DNA from: an uncultured virus (IMG/VR IMGVR_UViG_3300034021_001069) | Lineage: Duplodnaviria > Heunggongvirae > Uroviricota > Caudoviricetes | Virus record (IMG/VR): IMGVR_UViG_3300034021_001069 | Reading direction: 5' to 3' (one strand) | Length of the DNA: 64,000 nt | In this document: positions 10,176 to 15,457 of the stretch, piece after piece | Numbering within the stretch: position 1 is the first letter of the stretch | Layout of the letters: every line of letters begins with the position of its first letter | Position numbers and translations under genes: made by a program | Notes under the pieces: generated by a model | Seen by the model: only the letters and a program-made list of their open reading frames with translations | The model's database searches: none | What the model was told of the DNA's origin: nothing

Positions 10176-10573
10176 TTCTGATTCTCCTCTGGGCAATCGG
10201 AAACCCAAGATGCACATAGTCTCATTTCTCCACCAAGTAATTTTTGTGCTTCACTGCCGTCTGGTGGTAGCTCATGATATCTTGGCTTCAATGTATGATC
10301 TGGTGGTAATTGATTCCAATAATCTTCGATGGCTCTATCCACATCTCTTTTAATTCTTCTTCTCAATAAAGCATCATCTTTTATAATATAATCATTTAAA
10401 TCTGTTTGTGGAAAATATTTTCTCTGAATCTCATCAACAAGATCATATATTCTTGTTTCATCAACCCCAGAGCAATAAGAAAGACCAGCAACAACTGATG
10501 TGAGTATCACACCAATTAGAGCCAGTCTGAAGATAGTGGGTTTTTTCTTTCCGAAATTAAATTTAAATTCCAT
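10172..10573 (-). CDS. membrane-anchored hypothetical protein
   Basis: Start MEFKFNF, single N-terminal TM. Confidence 0.65.
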   Translation of the reverse strand: MEFKFNFGKKKPTIFRLALIGVILTSVVAGLSYCSGVDETRIYDLVDEIQRKYFPQTDLNDYIIKDDALLRRRIKRDVDRAIEDYWNQLPPDHTLKPRYHELPPDGSEAQKLLGGEMRLCASWVSDCPEENQK

Positions 10574-10605
10574 AACTGGGGAAGTCTCCTCCCCCATATT
10601 TAGGA

Positions 10606-10968
10606 TCAGACTCTCGCATAACAAACATCAGCAACACCTTGACCTGGGTGAGCAATAGAAGAGAAGGCACCATAAGACAAGTCAAGGTCTCTCCCACCAA
10701 TGTAGGGACCACGATCATTTACACGCACAATTACTGACTTACCATTTCGCTGATTCGTAACTCGCAATCTAGTTCCGAATGGCAGCCATTTATGTGCTAC
10801 CGATTTTCCATATGCATTGTATCGTTCTCCATTGGCAGTTGTCTGCCCATGATATCCATCACCAACTCCATAATGTGATGCGAGGGAACATCCGCTCGCT
10901 GCCTTTGCGGAAAGGGGTGCTAATCCCACCAGACCAAAAGCAAGAATTGAAATTGTTTTAAAAAGCAT
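10606..10968 (-). CDS. rlpA: RlpA-family (DPBB) lytic transglycosylase with signal peptide
   Basis: ASHYG, TANGE, AHKWLPFGT, VRVNDRGP, DLDLSYGAF. Confidence 0.9.
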   Translation of the reverse strand: MLFKTISILAFGLVGLAPLSAKAASGCSLASHYGVGDGYHGQTTANGERYNAYGKSVAHKWLPFGTRLRVTNQRNGKSVIVRVNDRGPYIGGRDLDLSYGAFSSIAHPGQGVADVCYARV

Positions 10969-10977
10969 TAATTTTAA

Positions 10978-11072
10978 TAGAACTCTACATCCCAATAGAA
11001 GGGGGGTATACCACCCCTCTCGGGGGGCACCTTCCTGGGCTCTAAATGTCACTCACTTTCTCATGACTGATT
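10978..11072 (-). ncRNA. structured 5' leader of rlpA (possibly manA-motif-like)
   Basis: Nested stems GAGC/GTTC, CCCAG/TTGGG, GAAGG/CCTTC, CCCC/GGGG. TTGACA-17-TATATT promoter at 11077-11105. Confidence 0.5.
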
Positions 11073-11139
11073 TCATAATATAGCAGTTATTTAGCATTTT
11101 GTCAAGGATCAAATAAATAGAAAAGAGTGTTGTAAACCG

Positions 11140-11307
11140 ATGTATTCATTTAAGGAACATGACATTTTAAGGCTCTTGACTGCCTGTGAATGGTATAAAG
11201 GAGAAACGGGCTCAGAATTTATTTGGGAAGAATATAATAAGCTTACAGAAAAATTAAAACTTTATTTGGAGCAAAATTTCCCAGATGGAAGAGAGAAGAA
11301 CATTTAA
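11140..11307 (+). CDS. small hypothetical protein (55 aa)
   Basis: Manual translation MYSFKEHDILRLLTACEWYKGETGSEFIWEEY..., ATAAATA upstream. Confidence 0.65.
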   Translation: MYSFKEHDILRLLTACEWYKGETGSEFIWEEYNKLTEKLKLYLEQNFPDGREKNI

Positions 11308-11482
11308 TACACCACATAGAGAGTGTTGGAATAAACCCATACACAGCATCTTGGGTGCTATTGATAATCACACGAGATTATTCTTACAAACAAAAGATCC
11401 TTGGCATGAAGAACAAGCAAGGATCTTAAGAGAGTATGTAAGAAATTTAAAAACGTGGATACATAAGCAAGAAGAAAATTAA
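11285..11482 (+). CDS. small hypothetical protein
   Basis: ORF track, GGAG RBS, converges on lysozyme. Confidence 0.65.
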   Translation: MEERRTFNTPHRECWNKPIHSILGAIDNHTRLFLQTKDPWHEEQARILREYVRNLKTWIHKQEEN

Positions 11483-11922
11483 GATATCCAAAGTTTTCCT
11501 TCTGCTTTACGTCTTCTAAGTAATCCTGCTTCCACTTTACTACCAGGATTACGATACATCTCTAATGTTTTTGGGATGTATCCCCAATTCTTTTCACGCA
11601 GATGGCGAGAAATAGTATCGAAGTTGCTTGCATTGTAAAAGCTAGCACCGAGATTGTAAGCAAATGATAAAAGTGCTCCTCGTTTATTATCATTCATTTC
11701 ACTCCAATAAGGTATCTTAGATAAAATAGGAATAAATTCCGTTTTAATTTGATGAATAAGTAGATCATCTGCTACTTTTTGTGAGATCTTATCTCCAAGT
11801 TTAAATGGCTTTCCATTAAAATCTTTAGTGCTACCCCAACCAATTGTAATTGGGAGCCCACCCGTAAGTGGATCAGGATATGCCGAGAGATGACATCCTT
11901 CAAATTCCTTTATTAACGCCAC
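11479..11922 (-). CDS. GH24 lysozyme domain (probably the -1 frameshift extension of the upstream ORF)
   Basis: LIKEFEG, YPDP, TIGWG, FAYNLG, GLLRRRKAE. Confidence 0.92.
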   Translation of the reverse strand: MALIKEFEGCHLSAYPDPLTGGLPITIGWGSTKDFNGKPFKLGDKISQKVADDLLIHQIKTEFIPILSKIPYWSEMNDNKRGALLSFAYNLGASFYNASNFDTISRHLREKNWGYIPKTLEMYRNPGSKVEAGLLRRRKAEGKLWIS

Positions 11923-11948
11923 CCCACTATTGGGTATAGTGGGGGAAT

Positions 11949-12650
11949 TTACTTTTTTGCTTCAAAAATTCTACCCCAGCCATCATTACTCTTTGGGCAC
12001 CATCTACGGGCAAGATCTCCACGCTTATATACAGCACCCTTTCCATTGGTCACAGCACCCGTATAACCGTCGTTGAGGCTACCATATGGATCATTAACAA
12101 CATAATCTCCTGAAGGAGTCTTACCAATAACTACAACCATGTGACCACCAGTAGGAGCAGATAAAGAGCCCCTATGGAGAATACCAATAACAACAGGTCT
12201 CCCAGCAGCAAGCTCACGATCAAGGTCAGCGAAAGAAAGACCATAGCTAAAATGTGACTTAATACCATAAGATGCCAACACACGGGTTTGAACCAAGTGA
12301 TCAGTTGTGTCTCCCACTGAGAAAACTTTTTGAACATAAGCATCATCGCCTTTTGTCCCCTTTAACGTGCCTGGTTTAAAATACTCAAGACACATAGCAC
12401 AACTAGAACTGTTACAAGTACGGTCAGCATCTCTATAATTATCTGTTTGTGGAAAAAATGGAACATCGAGAATTGATGATTTTGGTTTTTCCACTTTTGC
12501 TCTAAATGTTTTTACCCATCCAGAATTATCATCAATTTCTTCTGGTGCTTTTTTTGAAAGCACTTCTTCAAGTTGCTCTACTGCAGCAACATGCTTAGGG
12601 TTATTCTCGTCAAAATGCTTAAAGAAATTATGCAGATCTACTCTTGCCAT
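11949..12650 (-). CDS. C39-like cysteine peptidase (endolysin N-terminal part)
   Basis: QTDN...CNSSSCAM, GGHMVVVIG, VNDPYG (Cys-His-Asp triad). Confidence 0.85.
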   Translation of the reverse strand: MARVDLHNFFKHFDENNPKHVAAVEQLEEVLSKKAPEEIDDNSGWVKTFRAKVEKPKSSILDVPFFPQTDNYRDADRTCNSSSCAMCLEYFKPGTLKGTKGDDAYVQKVFSVGDTTDHLVQTRVLASYGIKSHFSYGLSFADLDRELAAGRPVVIGILHRGSLSAPTGGHMVVVIGKTPSGDYVVNDPYGSLNDGYTGAVTNGKGAVYKRGDLARRWCPKSNDGWGRIFEAKK

Positions 12651-12709
12651 TGTAATTTTCAAATCTGCCTTTATTTATTAAAAAAGGAGCCGTATAGCTC
12701 CTCCATCAA

Positions 12710-12796
12710 TTAGAATGTTTCTGAAAGCTGATTTACTGCATGAAACATCAAAACTAAAAAAGCAATTGATGTAATAGTAAATAAGAGTTCAACCAT
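12710..12796 (-). CDS. 28-aa single-TM peptide coupled to hli
   Basis: MVELLFTITSIAFLVLMFHAVNQLSETF, TGATG overlap with hli. Confidence 0.55.
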   Translation of the reverse strand: MVELLFTITSIAFLVLMFHAVNQLSETF

Positions 12797-13014
12797 CACC
12801 ATACACCAGGAATGATCTGACCAGTCAGTGCATAAGCACCAATGGCAGCAACAAATCCAAGCATAGCCAGGCGACCATTCAGGCGCTCAGCTTTTTCATT
12901 ATGGGTTTCGTATACACCGTTATCCATTTGTTCTTGTACCTCCGAATCAATATACATAGTGGGTTCTTTGGCAAACATATTCTGTTGACCAAATTCATTA
13001 GTAGTTATAGTCAT
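12796..13014 (-). CDS. hli: high-light inducible protein
   Basis: AERLNGRLAMLGF...TGQIIPG. Confidence 0.95.
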   Translation of the reverse strand: MTITTNEFGQQNMFAKEPTMYIDSEVQEQMDNGVYETHNEKAERLNGRLAMLGFVAAIGAYALTGQIIPGVW

Positions 13015-13049
13015 TATCGTTCAAGTAAACATTAAGTAAGTTGGTAAGA

Positions 13050-13298
13050 TTAATCTTCGTCGTCGTAATGCCTTTCACGATAACACGGAACTCCTTCTGG
13101 ATCTAGCCAACGTGCGTAGTCTATGTCTTCCATTGCAATAGTGCATTGCATACCATTATCAAAAAGATAAATATCGTTCCAACGCTTGGTGTAATAATTT
13201 TGCTTTTGCAGCCTAAAATCAGGCATACCATTTAATTCAATAATACCAGCATCAACAAATCGATACCCTTCTCGCTCCAAAATGACTTTTGGTTTCAT
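13050..13298 (-). CDS. hypothetical early protein
   Basis: ORF behind TTGACA-17-TATACT (13322-13350). Confidence 0.75.
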   Translation of the reverse strand: MKPKVILEREGYRFVDAGIIELNGMPDFRLQKQNYYTKRWNDIYLFDNGMQCTIAMEDIDYARWLDPEGVPCYRERHYDDED

Positions 13299-13350
13299 GG
13301 TGAAATTTCGACTACCTGAGTAGTATAGGGCAATGCGCCAGCCGTGTCAA

Positions 13351-13424
13351 CACCCTCTGCAGGATTCGAACCTGCGACACATCGGTTCGTAGCCGATTGC
13401 TCTGGTCCACTGAGCTAAGAGGGT
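13351..13424 (-). tRNA. tRNA-Arg(ACG)
   Basis: ATCGG-CTACGAA-CCGAT. Confidence 0.92.
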
Positions 13425-13427
13425 AGG

Positions 13428-13499
13428 CGGAGGGTGAGGGATTCGAACCCCCATCGCAAGGTTTTGGAGACCTGCATCTTACCATTAGACCAACCCAAC
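13428..13499 (-). tRNA. tRNA-Trp(CCA), two acceptor-stem mismatches
   Basis: CAGGT-CTCCAAA-ACCTT. Confidence 0.8.
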
Positions 13500-13500
13500 A

Positions 13501-13577
13501 TGGTATCCGTGAGAGGATTTGAACCTCCAACACCCACCCTCTCAAGGTGGAGCCTCTTCCAATTGGGCTACACGGAT
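13501..13577 (-). tRNA. tRNA-Leu(GAG), short variable loop, CCA encoded
   Basis: CCACC-TTGAGAG-GGTGG. Confidence 0.85.
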
Positions 13578-13581
13578 ATAG

Positions 13582-13653
13582 TTCCAGAACTAGGATTCGA
13601 ACCTAGATAAACTCCTTCAAAGGGAGGTGTCCTGCCAGTTAGACGATTCTGGA
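13582..13653 (-). tRNA. tRNA-Gln(UUG)
   Basis: CTCC-CTTTGAA-GGAG. Confidence 0.9.
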
Positions 13654-13658
13654 TTAGG

Positions 13659-13734
13659 AGTTCAGGGTGGGATTTGAACCCACGGTGAAAGAAGTTTTGC
13701 AGACTTCCGCATTCGACCACTCTGCCACCTGAAC
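13659..13734 (-). tRNA. tRNA-Cys(GCA)
   Basis: GAAGT-CTGCAAA-ACTTC, U73. Confidence 0.92.
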
Positions 13735-13767
13735 ATTTGAACTATCTGGAATTTCCAGATAGTTGAG

Positions 13768-13839
13768 AGCCCAATGTCAGACTTGAACTGACGACCTATT
13801 GTTTACTAGACAATTGCTCTACCACTGAGCTAATCGGGC
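13768..13839 (-). tRNA. tRNA-Thr(AGU)
   Basis: ATTGT-CTAGTAA-ACAAT, G1-C72/C2-G71. Confidence 0.88.
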
Positions 13840-13841
13840 GG

Positions 13842-13913
13842 GGTGACGTATGGGAATCGAACCCATCTACCCAGATTCACAATCTGGTTCCTTAGCCGCT
13901 AGGATAACGTCAC
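13842..13913 (-). tRNA. tRNA-His(GUG)
   Basis: CCAGA-TTGTGAA-TCTGG, C73. Confidence 0.9.
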
Positions 13914-13914
13914 A

Positions 13915-13986
13915 AGGCAGTGGGTAGAATTGAACTACCGACATAGAGGGTATGAATCTCTTGTTCTACCACTGAACTACACTGCC
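13915..13986 (-). tRNA. tRNA-Met(CAU) (elongator Met or Ile2)
   Basis: AGAG-ATTCATACC-CTCT. Confidence 0.85.
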
Positions 13987-13989
13987 AAA

Positions 13990-14070
13990 TGGACGCTGAC
14001 CTGCTGGTTACTCTTTCTGAAGAGGGAGGCGTCAGTCTTTTATATCCTAGCAAGCACCTTGCTGGAGTCC
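13990..14070 (-). ncRNA. tRNA-sized structured element of unknown function
   Basis: GGAC/GTCC closing stem, AGCAAG/CTTGCT, CTGAC/GTCAG, CTCTT/AAGAG. Confidence 0.45.
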
Positions 14071-14072
14071 CA

Positions 14073-14157
14073 CGGAGAATAGAGGATTCGAACCTCTGGT
14101 GGTTTTACCCACACAAACTTTCCAAGTTTGCACCATAAACCTCTCGGACAATTCTCC
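14073..14157 (-). tRNA. tRNA-Ser(GGA)
   Basis: CAAAC-TTGGAAA-GTTTG, long variable arm. Confidence 0.92.
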
Positions 14158-14161
14158 AAGG

Positions 14162-14244
14162 CGGAAGATGTTGGATTCGAACCAACGGAGGTTTTATCCT
14201 CACGGTTTAGCAAACCGCTGCATTAACCACTCTGCCAATCTTCC
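14162..14244 (-). tRNA. tRNA-Ser(GCU)
   Basis: GCGGT-TTGCTAA-ACCGT, long variable arm. Confidence 0.92.
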
Positions 14245-14248
14245 AAAG

Positions 14249-14320
14249 TGGAACCGACAAGATTTGAACTTGTGACCGCTCGGTTATCAGCCGAGTGCTC
14301 TACCACTGAGCTACGGTTCC
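14249..14320 (-). tRNA. tRNA-Ile(GAU)
   Basis: CTCGG-CTGATAA-CCGAG. Confidence 0.95.
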
Positions 14321-14324
14321 AAAG

Positions 14325-14398
14325 AGGGAACAATCGGATTTGAACCGATAACACCATGATCTTCAATCATGTGCTCTACCAATTGGAGCTATGTTCCC
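14325..14398 (-). tRNA. tRNA-Phe(GAA)
   Basis: CATGA-TTGAAGA-TCATG. Confidence 0.92.
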
Positions 14399-14401
14399 GA
14401 G

Positions 14402-14476
14402 TCTGGATGGTAGGATTTGAACCTACGACCTGAGCTTTCCAAAAGCCCCGCGCTGACCAAGCTGCGCTACACCCAG
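14402..14476 (-). tRNA. tRNA-Pro(UGG), second copy with A37
   Basis: GGGCT-TTTGGAA-AGCTC, C1-G72. Confidence 0.88.
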
Positions 14477-14477
14477 T

Positions 14478-14552
14478 TGGTATTCCTAACGGGATTCGAA
14501 CCCGTGCTACCACCTTGAAAGGGTGGTGACCTAACCGCTAGTCGATAGGAAC
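14478..14552 (-). tRNA. tRNA-Glu(UUC), CCA encoded
   Basis: CCACC-CTTTCAA-GGTGG. Confidence 0.93.
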
Positions 14553-14577
14553 AAAATGGGTTGCTGCAGCAACCCAA

Positions 14578-14649
14578 CGACCCTAACGAGATTCGAACTC
14601 GTGATACATCTTGGACAGAGATGCGTGATAGCCACTTCACTATAGGGTC
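14578..14649 (-). tRNA. tRNA-Asp(GUC)
   Basis: CATCT-CTGTCCA-AGATG. Confidence 0.92.
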
Positions 14650-14653
14650 AAGG

Positions 14654-14742
14654 TGGGAGAAGAGGGAATTGCACCCCCAACGGTTCTTATGTAACAGTTT
14701 TACAGACTGCCGCCACACATATCTAATAGTAGCCTTTCTCCC
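14654..14742 (-). tRNA. tRNA-Tyr(GUA), atypical D-arm and T-loop
   Basis: GCAGT-CTGTAAA-ACTGT, T-loop TGCAATT. Confidence 0.8.
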
Positions 14743-14780
14743 GAACAGTTTATGTTTAACGACCGAACTGTGGCGGTCGA

Positions 14781-14852
14781 TGGGTCTGGTGGGACTCGAA
14801 CCCACAACTTCCAGGTTAAAAGCCCGTTACTCTACCATTGAGTTACAGACCC
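14781..14852 (-). tRNA. tRNA-Lys(UUU)
   Basis: CGGG-CTTTTAA-CCTG. Confidence 0.92.
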
Positions 14853-14866
14853 ATTAAAGGTTTAAA

Positions 14867-14900
14867 TTTTCGAGGTGCGCTGGGAGGGGGCTGCCCCTCC
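14867..14900 (-). promoter_or_regulatory. boxB hairpin plus boxA-like antitermination signal
   Basis: GGAGGGG-CAGC-CCCCTCC followed by GCACCTCGAAAA. Confidence 0.65.
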
Positions 14901-14908
14901 AACAAATT

Positions 14909-14948
14909 AAGAATAAAATAGGGGGGTGGTTTTGTCAACCGCCCCCCT
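14909..14948 (-). terminator. attenuator-type terminator with an embedded sigma70 promoter
   Basis: GGGGGGCGGTT/AACCACCCCCC plus TATTTT. TTGACA(14933-38)-17-TATTCT(14910-15). Confidence 0.7.
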
Positions 14949-14978
14949 GATAAATCTTGCTTATGTGTCAGATGTCTT

Positions 14979-15080
14979 TCATCGTTTACACTTATCAGCA
15001 AGCAGGAGGAATTGAGCGGGATGCCAATAGCGGCAATCGCTAATCTTAATTTCCATAAATTGCTTACTGAAAGTAGACAT
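14979..15080 (-). CDS. putative leader peptide of the tRNA operon (33 aa)
   Basis: MSTFSKQFMEIKISDCRYWHPAQFLLLADKCKR, GGTGA RBS, TATAAATA late promoter at 15101-15108. Confidence 0.65.
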   Translation of the reverse strand: MSTFSKQFMEIKISDCRYWHPAQFLLLADKCKR

Positions 15081-15131
15081 GTTGTTCACCAATGTAATTT
15101 TATTTATACAAGATTTACCAAAAAATGGTAA

Positions 15132-15203
15132 TGGGCGAAGAGGGGATCGAACCCCCGACCGACTGGGTGTAAACCAGTAGCTCTACCGCTGAGCTATTCG
15201 CCC
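15132..15203 (-). tRNA. tRNA-Val(UAC)
   Basis: ACTGG-TTTACAC-CCAGT. Confidence 0.95.
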
Positions 15204-15206
15204 TTT

Positions 15207-15278
15207 CCCTCTGGCTGGGAATCGAACCCAGTTTCCATGTGTGTTATCCACCCGTCATTACCAATAGACTAACAGAGG
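15207..15278 (-). ncRNA. tRNA-like RNA with non-canonical anticodon arm
   Basis: CCTCTG/CAGAGG acceptor, D-loop TGGTA, CTGGG-TTCGATT-CCCAG T-arm, anticodon arm disrupted. Confidence 0.65.
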
Positions 15279-15352
15279 TGGGAAGAAGTTTCCCCCTTCC
15301 CTAGCACCATCACGGCATTTCGGTTTATCTTTCCGACGCAAGTGATGGTGGA

Positions 15353-15425
15353 CTCCCCCACCTGGACTCGAACCAGGAACCCCAGAGTTAACAGCTCCGT
15401 GCTCTGCCAATTGAGCTATAAGGGA
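15353..15425 (-). tRNA. tRNA-Asn(GUU)
   Basis: CGGAG-CTGTTAA-CTCTG. Confidence 0.93.
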
Positions 15426-15457
15426 ATGAAGTGGTGCTTTAAAGCACCACAAGTATA

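Noticed and set aside
10969..11052. N-terminal extension of RlpA given in the ORF track
   Set aside because: The signal peptide begins at MLFKTISIL (10968). The upstream part is better explained as a structured leader.
13020..13050. HLR1/RpaB site upstream of hli (TTAC repeats)
   Set aside because: Spacing and sequence do not fit the direct-repeat consensus well.
14005..14030. CTTCAGA in the 81-nt element as a Sec/opal-suppressor UCA anticodon
   Set aside because: No proper anticodon stem around that loop and no T-arm. Genes use TGA/TAG as normal stops, so there is no sign of recoding.
13312..15452. ORF-track entries 13312..13545, 14467..14805, 14561..14857 and 15258..15452
   Set aside because: They run across clear tRNA cloverleafs and are spurious. 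The same applies to 3433..3621 over tRNA-Pro.
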